From assembly GCF_031769215.1 (NCBI RefSeq), contig NW_026781917.1, forward strand, positions 1,612,001 to 1,676,000: a stretch of 64,000 bases of DNA. Reading direction: 5' to 3'. The translations under genes and the position numbers were made by a program. Source of the stretch: Ylistrum balloti (taxonomy: Eukaryota). The notes beneath the pieces are model-generated. The model was not told the DNA's origin, searched no databases, and saw only the letters and a list, made by a program, of their open reading frames with translations. Shown here piece by piece: positions 1 through 13,342 of this stretch (positions within the stretch are counted from its first letter, which is position 1; every line of letters begins with the position of its first letter).

Positions 1-513
1 ACAATGATCTTTGATGACGTTTATTGTGACAATGATGTTTGATGACGTTTATTGTGACAATGATCTTTGATGACGTTTATTGTGACAATGATCTTTGATC
101 GTGTATAGTGACAATGATCTTTGATGACGTTTATTGTGACAATGATGACGTTTATTGTGACAATGATGTTTGATGACGTTTATTGTGACAATGATCTTTG
201 ATGACGTTTATTGTGACAATGATCTTTGATGACGTTTATTGTGACAATGATGTTTGATGACGTTTATTGTGACAATGATCTTTGATTACGTCCTTGGTAA
301 CAATGATCTTTGATGACGTTTATTGTGACAATGATGTTTGATCGTGTATAGTGACAATGATGTTTGATGACGTTTATTGTGACAATGATGTTTGATGACG
401 TTTATTGTGACAATGATGTTTGATGACGTTTATTGTGACAATGATGTTTGATCGTGTATAGTGACAATGATGTTTGATGACGTTTATTGTGACAATGATC
501 TTTGATCGTGTAT
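1..513. repeat. 28-bp tandem minisatellite (ACAATGATSTTTGATGACGTTTATTGTG) with a 26-bp variant, truncated by the window edge
   Basis: Unit read directly and repeated about 18 times; variant ACAATGATCTTTGATCGTGTATAGTG is interspersed. Confidence 0.95.
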
Positions 514-1026
514 ATAATAAATTGTTTTTAATTGTATTCATTACAACACTACAGTTACATTTATATGGATTTGTAAATTGAATTATTCTCTGCATAGTTA
601 CCCCTAGTTTCATCGAATTTCGGTTTAACTCATTGTTATGTTGACATGTCGGTTTTTTATCTCTTATTCTATATCTTAATATCGATATCCGCCGCTATTG
701 ATTTTCTTAAATCGCCATATTAAGTTTCGCTCTTTTGGCCCCTCGTATCAGACTGCCGAACTGCCAAAAACTCTGGTTGTGATATACACTAGAACAATAA
801 CGGCGTGTTACATGATGATTTAAAGGTAGAAATTGATATTAAAGCATTTGATACTAATTCATATTTGCTTAACAACTATTTACAGCGATTTTTGTATGTG
901 ATTGAACAAGTTAAATCAACTTAAGGTGGTATGAAGGCATTAAGACGTGATAAAAGCCTAAGAAATCCTTGGAAAATCTTGAGGTCTGCAGGGTTTTCCC
1001 TCAGCTCTGCAGCCTATTATGTCCGA

Positions 1027-1072
1027 TTAGTAATTTTGGCGAAGGGCAGGCGTGAATTCCTTCGATCTATTT
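1027..1072 (-). CDS. Terminal coding exon of an unknown coiled-coil protein gene
   Basis: Acceptor gatttag|A, then NRSKEFTPALRQNY-TAA; its phase-2 start matches the upstream exon end. Confidence 0.65.
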
Positions 1073-1334
1073 CTAAATCTTTTGTAATGTCAGTAATAAC
1101 TCTCAGTTATTTTTTCATAAATGCATTGTTTTCCTGTCTTATTTACAAATGAGTAACATTTTCTAGCCAAAATTTTAAAGCTATCGTTATATTTTTAATT
1201 TTGATTTTTTAATGATTTATAATCTAAAATCTTTTTTCGAGTCAAATTTTATTTCTCAGACGCACGCCAACTTCATGTACCGAGCAATGCAGGGCGCCTT
1301 AAATTGTATAGGAAGATAAGATTGATACAACTAC

Positions 1335-1502
1335 CTGTTCATATGCTCGTTCTTCTCAGCGTACATCTGTTTAAGTTGTTTTCGGAGCTCTGCTTTCTCT
1401 CCTCTCAGCACAGTCACCTGTTTCCGTAGTTCCGTCACTACATCCGGGTGTATACGGGGAGTCCTGGAGGAAGACAAATCGCTATTTATGGCACAAGGAA
1501 TT
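1335..1502 (-). CDS. Internal exon of the unknown coiled-coil gene (IPCAINSD...ELRKQVTVLRGEKAELRKQLKQMYAEKNEHMN)
   Basis: tttaccag| acceptor, |gtagtt donor, 168 nt, phase 2 to 2, open frame, heptad-like K/E/Q/L composition. Confidence 0.75.
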
Positions 1503-1631
1503 CTGGTAAATTCAAACAATTAAAACAAAGACATGATGCATCATGAGAAAGATAAATAATTTATTTTGTTTGATTTACATTGATCAGAATATTTTTGGAA
1601 TTTCCCATTTAATCTAACTTTATGTGCTTAC

Positions 1632-1754
1632 TGTGTACTCATCTTGAAATCTTCAATCGTTTTGTCTAACTGGCGCTGAAGATCTGCGTTTTCTTTATTC
1701 AGCCTCGCAATAGTGTGTTTGGCGTCTTTCCCTTCTCGTTCTTGTGTTTCACAC
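1632..1754 (-). CDS. Internal exon of the unknown coiled-coil gene (CETQEREGKDAKHTIARLNKENADLQRQLDKTIEDFKMST)
   Basis: ttttgtag| acceptor, |gtaagc donor, 123 nt, phase 2 to 2, open and in frame with both neighbours. Confidence 0.75.
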
Positions 1755-2179
1755 CTACAAAAGTTTTAACTCATACCACTGAGTAAGGATAAAGGAAGAT
1801 TCGCAAACACAAAGCATGTTTTTGCTGAAACCTCTTGAATGTGGTGTTACATTAACTACTTATGCAAATATGTAAAACACATAAAGACGATGAAATTTGC
1901 TATACGTTGTTTTTTTTTTACTCAGGTCTGCACTTAAATTTTGCTAAACTTTATGGTTGTTTTGAACTTACTTTCCTAAAAGATAAGGCAGTTAACCTAG
2001 CTATATTTCATATATTTCAAAAGTATGCATAAACTTATTCTCGTGATAATATCTGACGTCGTGTCATCGGCTAAGACAAACCAGTCAGAACGTACGAGAG
2101 AAACTGACAAGTAATTAATGTGGATGTGTTTTGACATATAATAACAAGTGGAATGTTAGAATAGAGTTGTCACACTTAC

Positions 2180-2292
2180 TTGGCTTGTAGGTCTTTGTAT
2201 ATGTTGTAAGCGGTCTCGGCTGATGTGGAGTCTACGGGACCTCGACGTGGGGTTCCGGGCACGGCAAACGGTTGCTCCCTGTCTCCTGGGCC
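2180..2292 (-). CDS. Internal exon of the unknown coiled-coil gene (GPGDREQPFAVPGTPRRGPVDSTSAETAYNIYKDLQA)
   Basis: tttattcggtcag| acceptor, |gtaagt donor, 113 nt, phase 0 to 2, joins exon 1754-1632 in frame. Confidence 0.7.
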
Positions 2293-3400
2293 CTGACCGA
2301 ATAAAGGTTAAAATATTTCATTCCAACAGACCAACAGCTGTCAAAAAGCCGAAAATATTGTCAAAACTATGTTTTCTATTTTGTTTTTGTTTTTTGTTTT
2401 GTTATTGAGTTGTTGGGACGGGAGATAAATAGTATGTTTAAGCAGGGATTGAGTAGAGGAATAATCGATATTTCACTGTATAACATTATAGAACAGGGCA
2501 TAGCTTTTCATCCAATGACTGTTCCACTTTAGTGCTATTTTTTTCAGTTTGACAATTAATGTCTAGCTAGTATATAGTACATATTCGATCTACGATCATT
2601 CGGGTTTCAAAACTTTTAAGCATAGACATTGTTGAAATATCTTTACTTCATCGTATCACCTTGTCACAAATGATACCGACATCGGACAAAAGTTTACAAA
2701 ACAACATGGCACCGATATACAATGCATACAATACAAACTGAAGGAGTCACATTTTCTAAAGGACGAAAACGACATTAAAATCAGAAAAGGCGGTCAATGA
2801 CAAACAATCTTCCCCTTTTTAGTGTCTGAAATTATCAAGATATTTCATCTACTCGATTCCAATCAATTAAAAAGAATGCAATATTCCAGATACATCAATA
2901 AAACGGTTGTGTTTCAGAAAAAAAAACTGTTGGAATTGTGAGTTACCGAAGTATAAACGAAAGCTCCATGGTGACCGCCTTATTTGTTCTAGGCCATCAT
3001 TACACAGAATAATCGTATATAATTGTCACATGGTCGATCCGATATTTCCGGTTCTGAATATTAAACGGCTATTATATGTTATTTTATATTATTGATCATG
3101 TGCTGAATGGTGTTATTAATTAAATACAAAAGCCACGTGAAACGTTTGTTACTTGTATAGATTTATCATTCCACATCAATTACTATATTATGACTGTGGT
3201 TATAAAAATTATAGATCTTTTTTAATGAACACTTTTAGTATTTGAACAAAGTAGAATACTATCGTGTATTTAGATGCATGCGGCACCACGAAAATAGACC
3301 GGTATCTGTGATATTTTTAATGAGCATCGCGCATGCCCCAGAAACATTTCCGGTCAAACACTGATGTGATGACGTCAGGTCATCAAATACAATTCCTTAC

Positions 3401-3511
3401 CAATCATATTGCCTTGGTTTTGTGTACATTGTTCAAGCTGATAATACATCTTGCGCTTTCCATCAGCGGGTGAATGAACACTCGATAATAGATTAGTAAA
3501 TGTTTAAGACC
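3401..3511 (-). other. Probable exon of the same - strand transcript; reading frame unresolved
   Basis: catttcag| acceptor and |gtaagg donor, 111 nt, but every frame contains at least one stop. Confidence 0.45.
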
Positions 3512-3691
3512 CTGAAATGTAAGACCTGCACTAACGTGAAGGCCATTAACACAGAACTTGCTCAAAGCTTGTTCAGAGTTAACGAGTAATGAGAATAAAT
3601 AGATAATGAATAGATAAATAAATAAATAAAAAAACAAATAAAATTGTTGCTTTTAAAGCAAAACTAATAAAATGAGTCCGTCTTACTTATA

Positions 3692-3988
3692 TCAGCAAAT
3701 ATTCCTGATTTTGCTGAATTCATTCACTATGGTCAATTCTATCCAATCCTTTGCCAACTTGGACCTTGAGCATGCTTGTATTTGATTAACAAAAATACTG
3801 ACCAGTTTCTTGTCCATTCCAGAGCGGACTGACCGGAGCATAGTCTCATACTTTGTCTGAATCGTCCCTTCCGTAAAACTTCTCCATGGATACTGACGTA
3901 ACAAATCTTCAGTCTCCTTGTGAACTTTCTCAAGGTCAAATTTCAACCTCTCCAGCCGCCCCTTTAGCAGTTGTCTGTTGGCTGTCAT
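3692..3988 (-). CDS. 98-aa helical ORF (MTANRQLLKGRLERLKFDLEK...KIRNIC), unknown product
   Basis: Acceptor ttcacag| at 3996 just before the ATG at 3988; protein-like charged helical sequence; frame is open further upstream to 4144; donor gtaaga follows 5 nt after the TGA. Confidence 0.55.
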   Translation of the reverse strand: MTANRQLLKGRLERLKFDLEKVHKETEDLLRQYPWRSFTEGTIQTKYETMLRSVRSGMDKKLVSIFVNQIQACSRSKLAKDWIELTIVNEFSKIRNIC

Positions 3989-6900
3989 CTTCGAAACTGT
4001 GAAGACAATTTGAGTTTTACGTGGTATAAATAGGTTCGGTGAACAATAACGAAGGATAGCATGGAACAAATCCTTGGTCTCTCTAATACGCTGTATGTGG
4101 TACAATTCTGTAGATCCGGGATATCGAAATACAATTGAATGCAACTTTGTTTTTGTTTTTTTTAACCTATGACACGACCTTCAAAAAGGTCAGTCTTGAA
4201 TCAGTTCTACAACAGGAACCTTCCATTCAATTACAATACAGATCAATTCCTGACCCTCCCTTCCACCCTTCCACCTGTGTTTCTTATATAGTATTTCTAG
4301 GAACTCGAATCCAAATACCAACTGCTAACGTTTTTTACCCTTCACATGTCTACAAATTTGGCATCGTGGAATTCAGTCTAGCATCTGGGCTACAGTATAT
4401 GTTAATCATATAGTAGATTTACGAGAAGATTGCATTTTACCACACCAATAATTACACTCATTCCCTTTATTGTGTTTTATCTGGATTCCGGATATGTTGG
4501 ACTTGTACCAGATCGAGTAAATAAAGCCGATCGAGAATTTTGTATCACTTTAAGGCCTTATGTTAATAAGACATGTAAATTTATTTTATTTTAGAACTTC
4601 AAAAATCACAACAAAGTTTCTTTTTCGGTCAAGTCGCAAAGTTTATTTCATGTTTGAAAATCAAGATAAAATCATTTATTGAAAATATTTACAATCCAAC
4701 TAGAATGACGTCATACAGATCGCACGCGACTCCCGCACGAGGCTTGCCAAAACTCCGTACATATTCTTGCCAAATACTGATTCTAAAATAGCATTCTTCG
4801 GCCTATACTAAACACGTACTTATCTTTGTTATATGGGAGATGACCCAATAAAATTGATAGAAATCACAATCATATTCAAATTTGTTGAATTATATGCAAT
4901 ACAACACGGCTAATTGTCTGTTTTGGTTTTTTAAATATGGAAACCTCGATGATATGAATACTAGACCAATATATTATTGAACCAACTGCTCATAATCTAG
5001 CAAGAAACAGGTATCTATAATCTGTCACATTTTTGAAATTTTCAATATCAACTTGATGAAATCAATGTTATTTTAAAACACATTTACATAGCGTTAGTCA
5101 CTGAACTTACTTGCTATCGGAGAGATATTTCTAAACAAGGTCTTCAGTACGAAAGATGTCACACTTCTCGTGTCAAATGTAAGTTTAAATCCCCAGGATA
5201 CCACTGTTTTGACCACAACTGACCCGTGGTTGTTATATAAAAACACCTTTCTCCTGGATGTTCTGTTTTGCCGTTAGTCTAAATTAAAGTTAATTTAAAC
5301 CGGCCGGTACCAGTCACCTTATTTCTCTAGTACAGGAAAGTCGACGGTCCAGTTTACCAATAAAACCCTGTCGAGTTTCAGTCGTTTTCACAGCGGACGT
5401 CCCCGCAAAACAATAAAGCTTTTAACAAAATGCTAATAGAACATTTGTGATTTATAATTCATATTATTTGTGTTTAGAGTGTTGCTCTATAGAAATTAAC
5501 CCCGATTCTATATGTCCAGTGACGTCAGTTAAAAAATACATGTATATGTGTATAGTAGTTAATAGTTTAGTTCTAGGGACGTATCAAATTACAAATAATT
5601 TGCATGAATTAAATAGTAAATTTGTAACTTACCTTGAGGTAGGTAATGTAAATGTCCCTGATAACCGTTCAATCCCGTAAATATCGTCCTCACAGAACAA
5701 CTCCCATGTATAAATTAAGAAACCCGTTTACTATAAACATTTGCTATGACGTTTTATGTTTTTTTCACAACACCCAACTCAATAGAGCTTTGTTCACGTT
5801 TTGTTCATAAAGAAAATACCTTTGTTTTAGATGTCGTAAATACACGTGTGTATTTTTATCCTTCAAAAAGAATTATTTAAACTTGTAAATATCTCTTGCT
5901 TAAATTGTTGATATGACCAAATATATATAACCGTATGATGTGCACTTTAAATCGCCCATGAATGGCCTGGCGATGGCACCCTGGGTAATCTGATCGCCAG
6001 TGCTATTGACGAATATAAATAACACCACGTGACCAGTCAACCGGAACCGTCAACTATAAACCGGGTCGATAAAATCACACAGTCTTTTGTTTTTATTCTC
6101 TTCAATACACAGATTCTCATCAAGCGTAAAACTAATTATTTTTAATCAAGCCTTTGAATGTGAATGTAATTATCCAATTAATGTTCGTTTGTTGTGTGGC
6201 TTTACCAATACATATTTGCGTCCAATTTGATCGACGTAATCTATCCATTTTGTTTCAAATACCCGGTGCATGGTATCATGTCACGTCAATCAATTACAAG
6301 TCTTTATGACGTCCATTTATAAACATGAAAGGTGACTTTACACAAACAAGTGTAACATTGAGTTGGGATAATAAGTTGTGTCACTGGTAAACTGAGCGAA
6401 CATGATAAATGATTAGAGATATTAATCATGCGAGCATATTTACAAGTTAAAAACTGACATGAATTACATATTATCGCTGGCTACATAGTAAGGAACTAGA
6501 GAGGGAGTTATTCCCCTTTAAACGTAGCTCTCCTTGTCGAAACTTTGAATACAGTTGAATTCAACATTCTTCACTGAAACAGCTTAACTTATTTGATCAA
6601 ATTTCAGAGAAAACTCGTTTGTGCAAGAAACCTGTAGGCATTTATTTGAAAGTACCACGCATGCCTTAATGACACTATAATGTTGTGGCACCTTAACAGG
6701 GGTCACCAGCAAGTGGAACATCAATGCCATTCTCTTCATACATTAAACATGCAATCAGACAATAATTTTGACCCTATATTATGAGAAGGACTCACATATG
6801 TCGCCTGTAAATATATAGTAATCCATTTTTGTTGAACATTCAGTCGTCTTGAATCGAACCCTGACATCTAGTAACATCTGGAAAAACCCCACACATTTAA

Positions 6901-8771
6901 CGATATAATAATATATATATATATAATAATATATGTTTAAATGACAGAGACTTTTATCAAACCGGCAGTTCTATAAATACGTGCATATACAATTGCGTCT
7001 AATGAGTGGACTAAAAAGTTCATTGAGTGCACTTAAAAGCACATCATGTGTCCCATCTTAGCGAGAAACACTTTCGGCGCCTCTTGAAAATATGGACAGA
7101 TCAGGTGCCTCAATAAATATGAAGATTTCGATGACCACATCGCAGGCGAACTCTCTAATGTTTCTTGACTGGCAACGGTTTCTAATTACAACCATATGAA
7201 GACTGATGTTGATACGGGTTTTAATGGATTAAGAACAAAATATCGGCGAAACAGTGACTATACATGTTTTTGGAATAAATACGGATATCCTGCAACTGGG
7301 CTTATAATCGTACACTCTGTTGTCAGGTATAAATACCCTGTTTGTTTGTCTGCTTGGTCAGACAGGTATCGTTTTCCTATCACCTCCAGCTGATATTGTC
7401 AAGATGCAGATTGAACCCGTCTCCTTGGAAACGGGACACCCATCTGCACGCGCTCAGTTTAGGTTCGTTGATGTCTGCCACCGCTGACGCCATTTCAGGC
7501 CTAAATGAAACCATTTTCACATATCTTATCTTATAAGCCATCAGGGGCTGATGACCTTCCACGAGACTACATGACCATCTAGATTCAGTAGGTAAAAAAA
7601 AAAAAAAAAAACGAAAAGATTTTTAAAGTAGGTTTCCGTGCAAAAGATTTCTCTTTTGAAGCACTTTATCTAACACGTGATTCTATCCTTGATACAGAAA
7701 GATACACTGACAGAAAAATAACAACGAGACAAAATCTAGGTCTGTTCTTGTTGTCATGGATACCAGTGGTAAAATCTGTTCCCGGGGCGTGTCGCTGTTC
7801 TACGGACGCCCCCACAAAAGACAGTTTATGCACCGCGTTACCGCTTGGCTGTTCCGTCGATCTAGCTGTCAGAAACAGTACCCCGTTGTGTGTGAAATCG
7901 GATCTTTCAAAGAATTTTCAAATAACTTTTGCAATCTTCTGGACGCCATCTTTCAAAGATGTTGGATGAGAGCAGTAATTGAAAACCTCCGATAAGAAAT
8001 TAAGGCTTTTTGGAGATTATCTAACTCGACGGCTTGGTAAGTCCCTTTGAATACTGAATATTCGAGCTTAAGCGGGCTTAGTTTTAATCAGAAATTTCAC
8101 ACAAGCTATTGTGTTATCAGTTTCACAAGATAACGATCGTTTTCACAACATCTTAAACTCTGTTTTAAACGTTTCTTCCTATTGCTCGATGACCATGTTT
8201 TCTTTAGTATTGTATCTTACGGTGTTTGGTGAACGTGCTTTATGATAAAATGATGTATGAGCGTTATACACACGTGTAGTTAGCATGCAAATAAATCACG
8301 TGCAAAAACTTGCAAACATACATGGAGTCACACACAATACAAAACGCAATAAATACCAATTCAATTACACGCGTGATCTTCGTAAAAAAATACATAAAAA
8401 TACTATTTTACTTAAATTTTTTATGAATTTTGTTCATATACATATATATATATGTTTGATGTCCATAGTTCAAAAATGATAAAGATGTTAAAACAATTTA
8501 ACAGACATAAATGAAACATCCCTCTCTTATCACTTTGAATTCGTCGACTCATTGATGCGGGCGGTTTTACTTTGACCAAGAGGTTACAAAGGTCCCTAAG
8601 TTCCAGGTGGTAATGCCGTTTAGGCCGATGCTAACCTGCAGGCCTACAAATGTTCACGGTAAAGTCGTCAGCTCCGGTCTGGTATATATCTCCCACAATT
8701 TTCACAAGTACGAAGCCTGGGAAATGTAATTAAAAAATCCACATAAAATTGTTCCCTTTTTCTCCTTACAG

Positions 8772-8852
8772 ATTCAGCAAGGTTGCTAGCTGTCTCCGCT
8801 CACAGGTTTTAACGTTTCTGGTCTCTGGGCTGGTGAATTATACCCAATGGCG
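8772..8852 (+). other. Probable exon of a spliced + strand transcript (otopetrin 5' UTR or lncRNA)
   Basis: Strong acceptor ttttttctccttacag| and donor gcg|gtaagt; upstream donor cacg|gtaaag at 8658 and downstream acceptor ttttctttctttag| at 8937. Confidence 0.4.
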
Positions 8853-9694
8853 GTAAGTCAACATTTTATCTTCTGTTAAGATTTTTTTGATATGTTAATT
8901 CATTCTAAAAAAGCAGAAATAGTTTTCTTTCTTTAGATGTGTGGCCATCTCGAGTTTGTCTTCGATTTATCTACTTTGAATGTTACTGGTCAGTTAAACA
9001 AGATTCGGAATACACGGGTCGTTTTTGTAGAAAGGGTTCAAAACAAAAGGAAATATTATTACTATGCGCCAGCTTGTTTGTTGGAAAAGAGAGTCTGTCG
9101 GAATACGGAGAGAATGTATAAACCTAAACTAAAAGTTTGTTTCTTAATTCCATTACACAGTGCATGTTTATATGTATGGTTGATTGTAACCGATTATATT
9201 ACTGAATTAATTCTTTACAGTGATTGTTCATGTTATCAGAATTTTTTAACGTTTTGTTCCCGGTAGGATATCAGATTAGACAGGTTGAGAGTTGTCTAGA
9301 GTAAAACCTGCCAAAACCGACATTTTTTATACAAACTGACGACCGGTTTATTATACATTAAATTTCATTACGTTAAACACAGCGTTTGACTACAGAAGTT
9401 TTGTATTGTGGGTTTTTTTGCAAGAAATGAGAATATTTCAATGCAGCAGGATTTAAAAGTGTTTGAGAGACAGATTACACGGGTCCATCGGGACACAAAC
9501 ATCTGCAAACAAAGATAACTCGACTACACCATGTTTATTGATTCTATGATTTGATAATTATTGTGAAACCTCTCAATACGACAGCTTTGTTAAACAAAAC
9601 ATCGGTCATATTAGACAAGTGTCGGAAAACACGGATGGTTTATGAATTTATTAAAGCGGATATCAGAATATCAAAGGGGCAGATAAGCCAGAGC

Positions 9695-10700
9695 ACTCAT
9701 AGAATAAGATAAGACAGGATGTGATAATACTCATGGCATAAGATAAGACAGGATATCAGATTAGTCAAAGGATCAGATAAGACAGGATGTCAGAATACTC
9801 GTAGGATAAGATAAGACAGGATTTCAGTTTAGTCAAAGGATAAGATAAGACAGGATATCAGATTAGTCAAAGGATAAGACAAGACAGAATGTCAGATTAG
9901 TCAAAGGATCAGATAAGACAGGATATCAGAATACTCGTAGGATAAGATAAGACAGGATGTCAGATAAGTCAAAGGATAAGATAAGACAGGATATCAGATT
10001 AGTCAAAGGATAAGACAAGAAAGGATGTCAGATAAGTCAAAGGATAAGATAAGACAGAATGTCAGAATGCTCATGGGATAAGATAAGACAGGATTTCAGA
10101 TTAGTCAAAGAATAGATAAGACAGGATGTCAGATTGATCATGGGATAAGATAAGACAGGATGTCAGAATACTCGTAGGATAAGATAAGACAGGATGTCAG
10201 ATTAGTCAAAGGATAAGATAAGACAGTATGTCAGATTAGTCAAAGGATAAGAAAGGATGTCAGAATAGTCAAAGGATAAGATAAGACAGGATGTCAGTTT
10301 AGTCAAAGGATAAGATAAGACAGGATGTCAGTTTAGTCAAAGGATAAGATAAGACAGGATGTCAGTTTAGTCAAAGGATAAGATAAGACAGGATGTCAGT
10401 TTAGTCAAAGGATAAGATAAGACAGGATGTCAGATTAGTCAAAGAATAAGAAAGGATGTCAGAATAGTCAAAGGATAAGATAAGACAGGATGTCAGTTTA
10501 GTCAAAGGATAAGATAAGACAGGATGTCAGATTAGTCAAAGAATAAGATAAGACAGGATGTCAGAATACTCGTAGGATAAGATAAGACAGGATGTCAGAT
10601 AAGTCAAAGGATAAGATAAGACAGGATGTCAGATTAGTCAAAGGATAAGATAAGACAGGATGATAGAATATTCGAGGGATAAGATAAGACAGAGTGTCAG
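9695..10700. repeat. 34-bp tandem minisatellite (GGATAAGATAAGACAGGATGTCAGATTAGTCAAA), about 30 units
   Basis: Unit read directly; variants with AATACTCGTA and shortened GATAA tracts. Confidence 0.95.
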
Positions 10701-13342
10701 TTTTCGCTGCGGTCATATTAGACAATATCTTCAGAGTGCAAAGAAGACACAGTAGACATTTAAAGTTTTCTAGGTGCAAACCTCGTACCAAATATAAACA
10801 CAAACAAGACGTATGTACCGTATGTGCACAGACGCTGAGAAATATGCACTGCATTCTAGAAAGTTTAAATATTTCCATATGTTGGTCATAAATTGATTTA
10901 TATATAAATATGTATGTGTGTGTGTATGGATATAGGGGCACGGCTGTTACTTGAGGTCAAAGGTCAGGTCAAGGTCGATTACACGACTGGCTCGTAGTAT
11001 GATATTCGGGAGATGATACCACTTTTCTGTTATGCATATGTCGTTATCGACTGCCAACTCAAATGTTTTCGACGGTTTTTTTAAGAACACTGGAATGTGT
11101 TTTATAGAACTTACCGTCCTGTTAGCACTATTTCACCCACAATACATTACGGTTTTGCGGTTTTACGTGTTTTTACTTCTCTAATTCCGAAACACGTGGT
11201 TCTCGTGAGTGGATGTGCAGATGCACGTGTTGGTATATGCAGGTTTTAGCTATTGATAAGTAAACCTTGTCGAGTTACTGGTGTCTGTATCTACGAGGTA
11301 TTTACATACCATTTATCTTCATTAGTGGTTTACATAAATAGTGCAAGGTGTCAATGGATATTTAAACCAGTAGTTTTCAACATTCCTGCAGTTAACCTAT
11401 GTTTCTGCTGACAATTTGTTATTTTGTGTAAATTCTACAATTATCTTGACCAATTATATTAGTTAAACATTGTCTTAGTGGACTAAACAAACCAATTTCA
11501 TACAATACTGAAAACGGAATAGTCTGAACTCGAAATAAATATTACTAATTCTAACTGGCTTGTTTTCAGGGCAATTTTACCACAAAGGCAACCATGATTT
11601 ATTTTCATGATTTCAGAGAATTCCGTTTGAGTAGTATAGATTAATTTAGAAAGTGTGATGGATACTTTCATTTGTAACCAGCTGTAACTGGGTAATTAAA
11701 TACGGATTCTAGTGTCGCATTTATAACTGCCTAATCCGATTTCCCCTGTATTCCGATTGTAAAAACCACACATAATTTATTTAACTGAAAAATGTAGGGT
11801 AAAAGAACAAAAAATAAAAAATAAAAAAAATAAAAAACAAAATCGTGGATACCAGTATTATGTTGGACCAATGTACTTTACGGAATGAATGATGACTGGA
11901 CGGAGTGGACAAATGTGAGTTGGACACTGTCCTCTCTTATTAGCCATTACATGTGTAAACCATCTTATGAATGTACTATTAATTAATTCCTTAACGTAAG
12001 GATGGGATACCTAAAAGCCTTGACCACTCCTATTCAGAACACTCATTAATTATCGATAGGGCCATCGGTCAGACAACTTCGGCCACTCATGATTAGTTAG
12101 AGCTGTGAGCGGCGTCGGATGTTTAGGAGGGGGAGGGGCATGTGCGCTGGCGTGTAAACACAGCCCAGCATCAACCCAACCATAGAATGCATTACTGCTG
12201 TTATTGGTATGGGGTTCAAAAGATATGAAATATGTAACATCTTTTAAAAATAGTATCAGAGGCACTGTAAGGGGCATTTTAGTATCATTATGAATTTAAA
12301 CAGCTGCATGTCATTCAAAACAGTACCAGCTCTCGGAATTGGAAAATTGGTATAGTTTTATTCCGAAGAAAATCTCGGGGAAATGTATGTTTTATGATTG
12401 TGATAAAGAACATATCTTTAGAGTTTACATTTCCTCAATCTGTTCCTTTTTTATAAACTGCTGTCAACACCAGCTGAGCGGGGGCATTAGGGGTGGAGAG
12501 CCGAGATGCGTTCTTGTAGCATCTCTCACTACAGAGCTAACCATAGTATAGTGGTACTGCTGAGACGTCCCAAAGCAAGTTATCTTTTACAGCAATCGTA
12601 GCGTGTTTATCAGGATAAGATGAGAGGGGCCCGATAGTCACTGAACGGCCGATACATATTTACTCCACATTGGACTAATCAGCAGTGTTATTGGACGAGT
12701 TATTAGAGGGGTGCGTTCGTGTATATTTCCCAAGCAATACTAGTAGGGTGCGTTCGATTACACTTCTCCAGTTTTTTTCTCTCCACCGGTGGCAGGGCTG
12801 TGCAGTTTTCTTCACATTCGGAACACGCCTACCGAAGGAGGAATACTGTACGTTAAACCCTATTTATTTCAACGGGGATTTGATTTATCACGTAGCTGCA
12901 GTTGTTTTGACAGACCTGAGTGGAATCTGTAGTGTTGTCCTCTTCATAACAGAGGCGTGTGTGCAGCAGTGGTGACATTCGTTGGGAGTATTAAGCATAC
13001 TGCGTACATTGAATTTTTCCAATAGCTATTCGGAGTACCTTTATTACACTGAGGTAAACAGGGTTTTATTTTCATTGGAATACACAGTGTGAATATCATT
13101 TCAGTCTGAAAAATCAACACAGGTCGTGGTAAGAAATTTGCATGTTTCATCAATGTCGTAGACTTCATTTCAGGATTTTGTTGAATCTGTGTCGTGTTCT
13201 GAAAATCATCCGGATTGTTTCTAGTTTTGGATAACCTTTGATCTATATAAACAAAAAACTCCGATATTGTATCTTTGGTTCTACCAAAAATACATCTATT
13301 TGTTACCTTCGCGACAAGGGTTTCAATGTTTTCATCTTGATT

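Noticed and set aside
3687-3697. Selenocysteine UxxC motif (C-U-Y-K-C) if the exon ending at 3687 spliced directly to 1754
   Set aside because: Requires skipping two good exons; the protein is not thioredoxin-like; no SECIS was identifiable by eye.
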